Shown one piece after another: positions 23,405-35,409 of a DNA stretch of 64,000 nucleotides (its first letter is position 1; each line of letters starts with the position of its first letter). The stretch is from NCBI RefSeq assembly GCF_006345805.1, contig NC_043016.1, positions 22,754,001 through 22,818,000 on the forward strand, written 5' to 3'. The notes below the pieces were generated by a model. It was given only the letters and a program-made list of their open reading frames with translations. It ran no database searches and was not told the DNA's origin. This stretch comes from Octopus sinensis. Taxonomy: Eukaryota. Made by a program: the position numbers and the translations under genes.

Positions 23405-25347
23405 CTGCAAGCAAAAAAAAACAAAAAAAAAACAATGACTCCTTAGAAAAAGACCTTTTTAAAATTTAATTTGCTAAATAAATGAAGAGAGACAATTGAA
23501 TTCTATGCTTTGTTACCAAATATGGATATCATATTATATCAAACTACTGTATATTTATGAAAATGCATACATGCACACACAGCAAATAACCATCACATAT
23601 TTATGTGCATACACACACACACAAACTCATTCACTGATTATTTTTATTGCCGAATACCCTTTGCAACTACTCTACACCACAGAAAATACATTGTGTTATT
23701 TTGAAACAAGTATGAAAATAACTGTGTACCAAAGGGGTGAACCCTATACTGAGAGTAGAATAAAATTTATTTCAAGCTTCACTTGACAGCATATGGATTT
23801 AATAGTTTGACAGGAATCAATGAGCCTGGATGCTCTTCCTAAAGTAAACCACCTTACAGAGTGGACTGAGTGTTGTCATGACATCAGTACTACTGAGATT
23901 TCAAAGTACTCACAAAACAAGACTCCTCGACTTTGTGGAAAGTGCTTTGGTTATAGCACTAGCACTACTGAGGTGACAAATTACACTCAAGACAACACCC
24001 CATCAACCAAAGGTGGAGTAGTATTGACTTTGTTAGTTGTCTTGGGAAGAAATTACTATCTGCATAATATACTGTTGACATGGCAATCTTTGAATTTGAA
24101 ATGCTTTCAAATGAAATTTCTTTTTAGCAGTTATTATACAGTTGTGAAACATGGAGACTTTATTGTTGATAAGTTTTTTCATAAAAAAAAAAAAGTTATC
24201 CCTAAAAAAAAAAAAAAAAAACAACAGGTGAAGTACAGAATCCATAATCAAACACCGACTGCAGTGAATAGGACCAGGTGGTTAGAAAGAAAGAAGAGGT
24301 TTCTTTGTCAAAAACCCTTCAGCAAATTTACCACTGAGAAGAAAACCACATGAATGTCTTTACTGCTGTTATACAGAGACTAGTTGAAGACAATCTTTAA
24401 AATGGCTAGAAGTGAGACAAAAACATGAGAAATCACAAGTCAACAAAACCCTTGCACACACATTATCTTGCCATCAGTTTTCTATTTGTTTTCTGTCATC
24501 AATGGCATAAAAATGGATGGAGGAATCACTCAATAAGAAAGACATTGAAGCTATTGGACATGTAAAACAGTCAATAGCTGTTCTTTTATTGCATATAAGT
24601 AAGAGGACTGTGATGAAGGACCTGAACTAGACTGTACTTCACAAATCTAGAAACAGCTATATCTTACAGAGGTAGAAGGCTATAAATTTGAAAGGGTGTA
24701 TAGCTGATTCAACAGTATGATGATGCCATTGGTATTTTACGGTGACTGGAAAAGATGAGATGGCATGTTTAACCCTGGCAAGCTCATAGTGAGGAATAAA
24801 ATTCAATATTGTCAGGTGTTTTATCCAAAGCCTTACTGATTATGAATAACAAAATTATTTATGATGATGATAATAATGGTTTCTAAATTAAGTAAAAGGC
24901 CAACAATCTTGAAGGGATGGGGTTCATCAATACCATCAACCCCACTGTCCTCAATTGGTACTTTATCATTCCCAGAAAGATTAAAGGCCAAGTTGACCTC
25001 CATGGGATTTGAACATAGCACATTGGACAAAATACTTAGAAGCATTTCTGCTGGGATTTTTACGTTCTAACAATTCTGCTAGTTCACTGCCTTAAGATAT
25101 TTATCATGAGTTTGATTTAAGCAAAAGCTTAACAATTTTGAGTGGAAGGTTTGTTTGATACTATTGACCCCACTCCTTGACTAATATATTTTAACTTATA
25201 AAGATGAAAGGCAAAATTAACCTAAGTTGGATTTGATCACAGAATGTAAAGAGCAAAAAAAAAATTCTCTCAACAATAATGGTTCTGTCAATCCACTTCT
25301 GTAAACAACAACAATAATAATGATAATAATAATAAAGAAAAACATAC

Positions 25348-25450
25348 TTGACGTTCTTTTTATTTGCTGCATTAGCTTGGCTTAGAGCTTCTGCAGGTTC
25401 ATCAAGCTCAGGTGTGTTTGGAATTATAGCATTTGGTGTACGGTCTAATA
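25348..25450 (-). CDS. JIP3: JIP3/JIP4 exon
   Basis: (V)LDRTPNAIIPNTPELDEPAEALSQANAANKKNV(K). atttcag| and AA|gtatgt; 103 nt, phase 1 to 2, bridging the 34969 and 23404 exons in frame. Confidence 0.82.
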
Positions 25451-26269
25451 CTGAAATCAGAAATTATGAATTTATTTTAAACTGTTTCAAAAGTTTATGC
25501 ATTTAATTGACAGAAAAAATAAGATACAACCAAAATATAACTAGTTTTTTTTTTTAAATCTGATTATTTTTATTTTTTAAAGTTTAAATTTAAAAGAAAA
25601 TGCAACAGGACATCTATAAAATAATACAAAAAAGAATTTTAAATATGATGCATTGATTGCTATGAATTATGCAGAGACTTGGTTTGTGCTAGTTTTAAAG
25701 TTAGTTTCTAAGTCGGTTTCAATTGTTCATTATCTAAATAGTTGTGATGTGTTATTGTTAAAGTACTTTCAGATATCCAATAGTTAGACTACTCCAATAT
25801 AATTAGTTATTTTCTACACTATATATCAGGCAGCTTTTTCCATAATTATCTAGCTGTAATTACAGAATAGACTGAGTGATTTAAATAGTGTAGAAAATTC
25901 ACAAAAAAAGAAATTTCTGAAGTAATAAATAGTTTAGTTTGTGATGGTTAAATGAACAGGATGAATATGATAATAAAATGTTTGGAAATCAAAGGTTGAT
26001 GTGAATTGTTTCTTGTTTTAAATGTGAATATTCAAAGCGATATATTTATACCATTTCATGAAAACACACACACCCTACCATTTTGAAATGAAGTTCTAAA
26101 TTTATTAATAGAAGACCTGACTTAACACACACAACATATAACACAAACAAGATCTACCTCACGTCACATCCCTACCTCATGTAACATCCCATCACATCTG
26201 TGCATCACATCCATGCATCACACCCATACATACGATACATCATACATACATATAATATATCATTCTTCC

Positions 26270-26890
26270 GTGCCTTTGTCCTGTCAACTCCACTATGCTT
26301 GTGAGACTTGGATGTTGTACCGCTGTGACTTTAAGTGCCTTGAATGCTTCCAGCAATTGAAGCTATGACAGATCCTCAACATACAATGGGAAAATCACAT
26401 TACCAAGGAGGTTCTTCGCCGCACCTCACTACCAAGTGTCAAAGCCACCGTTCTTCACCACCATCTCTGCTGGGCAGGTCACACCCAGCACATATAGCCC
26501 TCTCATCTCCCAAGGATCATGATCTACTGAGAACTTGGAATTGGAGCAAGACCCAGAGGAAGTCCATAATTCTGTTTTAAAGACCAGCTCAAACAGACCT
26601 TGGCTCAAGCTAACATTCATGGAAACAGATTGCCATAAATAGGACAGCTTGGAGGACCACTGTTCACAATAGAGCCAGCTACTTTGAGCAGAACAGGCAA
26701 TAGAATGGGGAGACAAAACACAGGAAAAGAAAGGAGCGTCTTCAACATCCTCCACTGACCATCCCGTGCGAGTTCTGCCCACGCCTCTTTCACCACCGAC
26801 TTGGACCCCAAAGTCACTTTCAGCACAAACACCAGCCAAGGAGATTAGATGGAAACTGACAAACCCAATGCTCAGATATGAGCTGGGGCC
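26270..26890 (+). mobile_element. RTE/BovB-like LINE 3' fragment
   Basis: Frameshifted YACETWMLYR...ILNIQWENHIT...LCWAGH...FKDQLKQTL...NRTAWR...IPCEFCPRLF, the RTE C-terminus with a terminal CxxC. Confidence 0.82.
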
Positions 26891-26946
26891 TACGATACAT
26901 TCTTATAATACATACATCATACATATATATGTATATGTATGTGTAT

Positions 26947-27009
<63 letters not shown>

Positions 27010-28293
27010 ATATGCCCATATGTAATATATATTTGATGGAAATGAATTTAATTATCTTTTACTTGTTCCAGTCATTAGACTACAGCCATGCTAAGGCACC
27101 ACTTTGAGGAAATTTAGTCAAATGAATCAACCCCAGTACATTTTTTTTCTTTAAAGCCTGGTATTTATTCTATTGGTTTCTTGTTGAATTAAGTTACAAG
27201 AACATAAATACACACACACACACACACACAAAGTCTTCTTTCAGTTTCCATCCACCAGATCCACACACAAGGCTTTGGTCAAACAAAGGCTATAGTAGAA
27301 GGAACTCGCCCAAGGTGCCAAGAGGTGGGACTGAACCCCAAACCACAGTGGGGAAGCAAACATCTTACTACACAATCACATCTGCACCTATTATGTATAA
27401 ATAATATAAATAATCACTAGGTGATGTATAGGTGGGGTGTGAAATAGTGCAAATGCATGAAAAGAAAGAAATAATAATAATAATCTTCAACAACAACTCA
27501 AAGGAAAAATATTAGACACTCCAAAAAGAGAACTGCATGATACATGCAACATTTTCAAATGGTCAAAATATCAAGCATTTATATTTTTAATTTCCCAAAC
27601 ATTCCTGCCATGCATAAGCCTCAACCAATTGATTTTCTATCAGTTGATGTGGTTATTGAATAAAGTTTTTTTTTTAATTTATTTAATAGCTTGTAGCTAA
27701 GAACTCTGTACCCAAGACATTTTGAGACAGACACAGTTAAATAAATCATATATGAATGCATGTACCACTTGAACTTCATAATGGTTTTAGTAGATGAGAA
27801 AGGCATCTGAACAAAAAAAAAAAAAAACCTCTTCTAACAAAATGAGCATGTAATTTAGAAGACTGCTTCTCAACTATGTAGTTTTAGGTTCAATTCAACT
27901 ACACAGCATCTTGAGCAAGTATACATTTTTGCATCATAGTTTAAAGGTGATCTAAGCTTGGTAGATGGAAATCATGTGGAAACCTGTTCAGGGAGGCCAC
28001 TTCTGTTCTTGGGTAGGTGGTAGATTTAATCCACCACTCAGTTTAACACCACCGCTTGGCCTATTGCCACTTTTAGCTGAATGTAATCTGCTTGCTGTAT
28101 GCATTCTAAAAACATGTCTGAGAACTTCGTCTTGCCAGTTATGGTCATTTCTCCAAAAAAAAAAAAAAAGGAAAAAAAAAAGAGTCAAGGGTACTGCTCT
28201 TTTTCCCTCTGACTAAGTCAAAAAAGCAACCTTTCTAATCAATGTTCATTTGGCTTTTTCTCGTTTTTGTTCAAGTGTTTGTACACATATATA

Positions 28294-29488
28294 CAAGGGT
28301 GGATTGAGAAGTTCATATGCTACGAAGGAGTGATGTAGGAGCTGTGAAATTTTGTATGTATCAATTTCAACTCTTTATTAATAACTATATAGTTTCTTAC
28401 CAGGTAAACTGACATTTGACTGTTCAAAGATTTCAAAAATAACCAGTAGTAAATTATTTTGAAAACAGACAAAATTTAACATCATGGTATTATCAAGTAC
28501 CTGCAGAAAAAAATGGTTTGGCCCCCCCCATCAACATTCATGCTAACATGGTTGTTGCATTAGGGGATGACTCTCCAGCTTTATCAACTGCAAAAATGGA
28601 CAGCTGAATATACGAGGGGAAGGGAGAATCTTGAAGATGACATCTGCAACTGTCACCATCGAAGAAAACATGTTCACCACATGGTGATGTATGACAGCCA
28701 AATGACTATAAATCAAATAGCCAATGCTATTAGCATATCCCGTAAGAGTTGAAAACCTTTTGCACAATGGACTTGGCATGACAAAGGTTTCTGCTTGGCA
28801 GGTGCCACATCTGACACCTAATCAAAAGCACACCATGCTGATCACATCACATCACAAGAAAATCTGACATTGTTTCAGGCAAATCCAGGTTCATCACTGA
28901 GTAAGGCACAAAGAGATAATCTATGCAATGGAAACATCCCTCCCCACCTGCTCCAAAGAAGGCCATGGTCATTTCATATGCAGGGGAAGTGATGGCCTCA
29001 GTGTTTTGAGATGCAAAAGTATGTGTTTATTGACTCTTCAGAAGGGCTACATGATCAATGGAAGTATTATGCCAACTTGTTGAGGCAGTTATGGAAGGAC
29101 ATCAAGAACAAACTCCCAGAAAAACTGACAAAAGGGGCCTTGTTTCATTAGAACAATGCTCCAGCACACAAGTCCTTGCTCTCAATGGCTCCTGTGCATG
29201 ACTGGCTTTGAACTGGTTGGTCACCCTACCTATTCTCCTAATTTAGCCCCATCAGACTCATCTGTTCCCCAACATGGGAAAAGACTTGGCTGGGAACAAG
29301 TATCACAGTGATGATACCATCATATCTGTTGTTGATGACTTTTTTTTGACCAATGGGACCCAAGCACTGCAACACTGATGGAAGAAGTGTGTAGACTACA
29401 AGGGGGACAACGTTAAAAAATAAACCTCATTTGGTCACATTCCATGAGAGTATCTTGATCAGCCTACGAATTTTTCAGCCAACCTTCA
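28294..29488 (+). mobile_element. Mariner element, near full length but decayed
   Basis: About 1.2 kb with TA on both sides and degenerate 28-bp TIRs (18/28 by manual alignment). Frameshifted transposase motifs: IIKYLQKK, VSAWQVPHL (WVPHL-like), YYANLLRQL, NNAPAHKS, remnant of HPPYSPDLAPSD. Confidence 0.87.
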
Positions 29489-32400
29489 TACAGCAATACA
29501 ATAAAGTTGTATATTTAATTTTTACTTCAATTGTACTTTGGCTGATTTTAAATTGTAACTTCACAAAACTGCAAGCCCATTATATATTATAACACCACTT
29601 ACTATAATGTTTTAGCTAATCAATTACTTGTATAAGTATATACAAAGAAAAAAACTGACAGTGTTTTGTATAGAGTGAGCTGCTTCCTCAATTTCTTTTC
29701 ATTTAATAAAATTATGAAATGTATGGGTCATTCATAGAGATCCATTGAAATTACATGACCTGCTCAGTATAACTAAATTTTCCTAATGTCATTAAAATAG
29801 GGACCAAATGAACCAGAGAATTTCTTTGTTGAAGGACTTGGTGGTTACCGGTTACCTAAGTCAAATTACTACAAAATCTGTACTGTTTTCTACAAGTCCA
29901 AAATATGCAGTAAAGATGGAATGGCCATGCCCGAAGCAATAATTGAATCAGTTACTTCTGTGATTGTAGTGTCATATGAACACAGGTGACCAAAGTTTTT
30001 CAACAAATGCTATGACCAACTGATTTTAATTTGCATGTAAAGAAAATCACTATTTTTTCCATTTCATATTTGTTTATTTTGAGGTCCATTTTTTTGTTGA
30101 CATTCATAATATTCCATAATAGTAGCATTGAAAAATCAAAATGATCCATTGAAAACTACCATAAGCAGCCCTTATAGTTAAACTATAACACATATCGGTA
30201 ACAATATCAAAATCTTCAATTCACTTTATACAGTTCGTCATTAAAACTTCAAATTTTTAGTTTAAAAACAAAATTTAAAGTTTAAAAAAATCAAACTAGA
30301 GAAAGCACATGATGTAACATGTACATTACATTGCTACATACAATAAATAAGCATGCTTTTGGGTATGTGTAAGGACAGTAGACAAAAAGTTGGTTTACAT
30401 GTGTACTTGGTCACAATAAGCAAAGGGAGAAGAAATACGACTAATGACAACTAAAAAGGTCGACACTACCAATAAGGAAATATTTCTACATGGCTGAGAA
30501 TTCAAAGTATGAGAAAGATAAAGACAAATAGGAAGGACATAGAAGAGGGGTGGAGAATGAGACAAAGAGCTGATAAAACTCCTCTAGAATTATTTACAAA
30601 TAGTTGAAGAATGACTTACCGTCGCAAGTAAAGTAAAGTAAGCCGCAAGGTAAGCAAAGATTGGAAAGAGAAATGAAGCATTTAAATATAAATGTAGCAG
30701 CACTTTACATTTGTAACGAAGCTGATGACATATACAGAAAGAAAAATGTAGAGAGGCAACAAAGATAGACAAAGAAAAAGTGAAAGATAGGAAGAGATGA
30801 GAGAGTAAATAGCACAACAAAAAATAACATAAAAAAAACACAAAGTGAAGAAGAGACAAAAAAACTTAGTGAAAGAGAAAGAAAGAATAAAATTGCCAAA
30901 ACAAGTAATAAAAACAGCTGAATGCCTTTAACACTGCAGTTCTCGAAAATAAAGAGAAAAAAAAAATCAAAAAGTCCAATAAAATAAGCAGTGATACAAA
31001 AGCAAAAGTTTGGTGTGGGAGGAATGGAAGTATAAGTATTTTGTTGATTTATCTTAATTTTATCTAAAAGAAAAAAAACAATGAAATGAAAGTGTTTATA
31101 CTAGAATTATTTTTCTAAGTCCAATGAAATAACTCTGCAGAAGTTGGTAAATTGTTCTTTAAATTACCAGGCATCAAACTGGTCCAAAAATCACAATTTT
31201 TGCTGAACTTCATAAAAAAAAAGAAGCACAAAATAAAGTGCCATCTACATCAGTTGATAAAAGAGAATGAAATGACAATGATATGTGAAAAGTGACCAAA
31301 ACAAAAACAAAATATCAAGAACTCCTGTTTGGTATCAGGAGGCAATTTAAACTGACTTGGTGGATAAATAAAAAAAAAAAATGTGCTATTATGAAACATT
31401 CTGTGACAATTATATTTTAGAGACTAAAGAATGGGGGACAAAAGAAATGGAAATTCTTTTAATTTTAAAGACAGAAACATGATGTAAATGACAAAAGTTT
31501 GTCCTGATTAAGTTTGAATTAAGACTTTCCAACGGTTTTAAAATTTCCAGAAATGTGGATTTAGTGAAGGATTGGAGTGAAAAATGTTTTTTTTTTAAGA
31601 AAAGATTAAATAACACATCAAATTCCATCTATATAGAAAATATTTTTTAACATTAACAGCTTGCTAAAGTTAACAGATAAAAGCGGGTTAATCATCAATT
31701 AATTATATTATTAATATGTAAATCAACGGCTAAATGTAAATTACATCTAATCAAACTCCAACATGTATGTAAAAAAGAAAATCATTGAATACATAAACAG
31801 TTAATATTTAAACATAGTTAATGATATTTTCAAGCTAACACAGATCAACCACTAGAATAAAATAAAACTGATGAACATCTTTTCCATGTTTTTTGGTACT
31901 AATTATTAGTACCAACTAGCCTGATTATTAAACTACCTTTTGTATTTATACAGACCACTACACTGTGTGCATAGGTGAGAAAGACGATTCCCTTTGTTTT
32001 GCAAGATATTTTTGTAAATTATGCTAGGACTGAACCTGTAAATCTTTATTGCAGTAAACAGAGGCTTCACTACAATGGCAACAGCTATAAAACAGCTGTT
32101 AAGTGTTTGGCAAACTGAATCTGTAATCCATTCTTCACTCCCAACAGCAACCATATATTTTTTTAAGCAGAAATGGAAAGGTAATGCCTGTAACCATATT
32201 TAGGTTCTTTCCAGACCAGACACCTAACTTAAATCCTTGCTACAAACTGAACTCCACCAAAAGATACCTAAGGTGGTGTTAAACTTGGTGACAAATTAAG
32301 TCTACCCCACAAGAACAGGAATGGTTTGTTCAAAAATTACCTCCCCATAAAAATATGACAGTCATAATGTTTTCTCTCCCTTAGAAACCATTCTTCACCA

Positions 32401-33424
32401 AGAATATACTTAGGTATTATAACACATGACTATAGTTTGCCAGTCATATGATTTCAAGTTCAATCCCCAATCCCACAGTGTAGTACCTAGAATAAGCATC
32501 TTCTACCAATCTCTGGTTGACCAATGGCTAGTGAGTGAAATTTGATAGACTGGTATTGTGCAGAAGGTAGGTAGTGGTGTGTGTGTGTGTCATTTGCCAA
32601 TGTATGTTTATTTCAACAAAAGAGAACTTTGGAAACAAAAAGTAAAAGGTACTATTTTTCAAATTAAGTCCCAAGTCCTCTGTAATATTTGTTCTGCACT
32701 AAGTTTCAGGCACTTCCTGTCATTTTGCCATTCAAAATGGTGTGAAACAGTTCGCATGACTGACCTGATGGAAAGCTGTACACAACAATACTATTGGTCA
32801 CCAATTGTGATTCAAAATAAATTAATGTTCCATAGGACAAGACTATAATACTTTCAGTAGTACTTTCATTTATCTTAGAAACAAAGTTAATGGAAGTCTG
32901 CATCACACAGACTTGGTTTACAGTCATCACTACAACAACTACCAAGACTTTCAGCTTCACTGAGAATGCTTGACTAATTAGTAAAAGAAATTTTATCTCC
33001 TGCTGACATAATTCTTTTCTAACTCCATTTAATGTCCATTTTCTAAACTGGCATGGGTGTGATGGTTCGACAGGAACCAACAATCCAGAGGACTTGCATC
33101 AAGCTCCAATAACTACTTAACATGGTTTGTGCAGCTGGATGTCCTTCATAACACCAACCACTTTACGGGGTTTTTTTTTTTTACACTAGAGAGATTGCCA
33201 AGTAACTCGCAAGATGAGCCCTACCAATTGAATGAAAAGGAAGTGTAGTATTAAGTGGGGTGGTTTTATGCCAGATGTTTAGGGATTAAAGTATGATATA
33301 TTCTATTTCTGCCTTTCTTGACTTCATAGTCTTTTTCTTTCCATCTTCCAGTTTTCTTAAAAAAATGAAGATGTGAGAATAATGTAAGAACTATGAATAA
33401 CTTCAACAGAGGCCAGCATTAACC

Positions 33425-33800
33425 ATATACCCTGCAGCCTTCATCAGGTGTCTTGGGGAAATTTTGAACCTGGGTTCTCATTCCTAAGCTATTTTTCGAT
33501 ATTATTATTATTATTACTATTATTATTATTCAGGTCACTGCCTGGAATCGAACTTGGAATCTTGGGGTTAAGAGCGTGGGCTACTAATCCCAAGATTCCG
33601 AGTTCAATTCCAGGCAGTGACCTGAATAATAATAATGATAACATCAAAAAATACCTTAGGAATGAGAACCCAGGTTCAAAATTTCCCCAAGACACCTGAT
33701 GAAGGCTGGAGGGTATATCAGCCGAAACGTTGTGTTAGCAACAAACAAGATGAGGACAAATATCCATCAAATGTAAACAATGTACATAATTCCTCATCTC
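33425..33800. mobile_element. Fold-back tRNA-head/Penelope-tail repeat with a long inverted repeat
   Basis: 33425-33567 is the near-perfect reverse complement of about 33589-33718. The centre has a tRNA-like head (ggttaagagcg...gagttcaattcc). The right arm continues into a CTGATGA...GAAACGTT motif and an AT-rich tail. Confidence 0.85.
33691..33736 (+). ncRNA. Minimal type-I hammerhead ribozyme motif (Penelope-like-element type)
   Basis: GACAC-CUGAUGA-A-GGCUG(gagggtatat)CAGCC-GAAA-C-GUU-GUGUU: conserved core, 5-bp stem II, stem I closing, palindromic ACGU in place of stem III. Confidence 0.7.
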
Positions 33801-34793
33801 TTAAATATTGAAGAGAGATGAGTAGTGTTTAAAAGAAATCTATCTTCCAATGTTCTCAATGAATGCTAAATGTTCCATTCAGAATTAGGAATTTATAAAG
33901 TGTTATACCAGGTTTTCAAAGTTGGTTGATTTATGTCAGTAAAGCAAATAGACAAGCAAGTTTAAGAGATATAGAAAACAAGATAATCAAGAAAGTCATT
34001 AAAAATCGTTTATATTTGCTTAATTATATAGAACTCTTAGTAAAAATATTCAACTTACATAAATATACATATATTAATTGTACATAGATATATGTGTTGT
34101 GTATATACATATATACATACACACATTTGCAAATATACACTTTATACATATGCACAAACATCACAACAATATAAGAATAATAGTGAATAAAAACAAAAAG
34201 CAGAGGCATGTAAATTTTTTCTTTCACGATAACACAAAAGAAAAACTAGATTGCAATTTAACAAGCTGAAATACTCATGCAACAAAGCAAGTATTGTGCA
34301 TCTAATGAAAATAAACGAATAAATATAAAAAAAAAATTCAAACAATCTTCAAGTTGGTCAACAACACTGAGTTGATTGGGTAGGAAGGAAGGAAGGACAG
34401 ATAAATATATATTTGTGTTATGTAGACAAGGAGTATAGTTTCCAGGAGAAAAATAAAATCTAAGGTAAATGATAGCTAGAGAAATGGTGTGCTCTTTAAA
34501 TCACCAGGCATAAAAATCTGGGTTGTACTGAACATTACATTATTCCAAAATTTCAGCTGTTGCTTTTCCCTACTTCATAGAAATTACATTCACTCAAAAC
34601 TTCAGCTGTTGCTTTTCTCTACTGCATAGAAATTACATTCACCTATCAATGCTTTAAATAACTAAAATTGAAACTTTGGTAAACAATTCTTCCAAATTTA
34701 TTTTAGAATTAAATATTGATCTATTGTACTGCAACAAATTAATGTTCAGTAAAGGAAGTGCTTGATTATCATTCTACTTTGCAATGAAATAGT

Positions 34794-34847
<54 letters not shown>

Positions 34848-34968
34848 AGTTTATAGAAACAATACATTGTTGGAAGTAAGATGAAATCATTGTAAAAGGA
34901 GTATTTTTGTTGACTTTTAGATAGTTTTTTTAGGTGTTTTCTTATTAATTCCTGGTAGAGAGACTCAC

Positions 34969-35235
34969 CAAGTGGAGGTAAAGGTTCGTTCAATTTCAAG
35001 GCAGTTTTGTTCTTTACTGGGGCAGCTGTTTTGATTTCTTCTGGAACCCTCACTGGCATCGTATCATTTGCAGCAGGTTGCTTTTCAACCTCTGAAGGTT
35101 TATCATCCACCGCACTGACTTCAGCTGATTTTTCTGTTTGAACCTTCTCAGAATCTACTGTGACAGCTGTGGTTTCATTTTGAGGAACAGGTTGCTTCCC
35201 AGCGTCTACTGTTTTTGAACCTGTATCAGCAATTT
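34969..35235 (-). CDS. JIP3: JIP3/JIP4 exon, low-complexity acidic/Ala-Thr-Val linker
   Basis: (K)IADTGSKTVDAGKQPVPQNETTAVTVDSEK...LNEPLPPL, inside ORF 34769-35311. actag| acceptor and G|gtgagt donor; 267 nt, symmetric phase 1-1, in frame with neighbours. No recalled homology. Confidence 0.8.
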
Positions 35236-35357
35236 CTAGTGAGCAAAGCAAAGCTTCAGTACACCAACCATAATACAAATAAAGCCAAACACAAAATAAA
35301 ATATAAAGCAATGTAAAAAAAAGAGAAAATTAAGCATTTTAATATTTTAAAACATGC

Positions 35358-35409
<52 letters not shown>

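Noticed and set aside
23820-24353. 177-aa plus-strand ORF
   Set aside because: Low-complexity, built from a weak ~80-bp duplication and poly-A runs, with no recognisable domain.
33565-33615. Functional tRNA gene
   Set aside because: Only D-loop, anticodon and T-loop-like remnants are present, with no acceptor stem; it is a SINE head. The same applies to the other SINE heads.
33448-33699. Two similar ORFs on opposite strands (MSWGNFEPGFSFL...)
   Set aside because: Artefact of the inverted repeat; no coding evidence.
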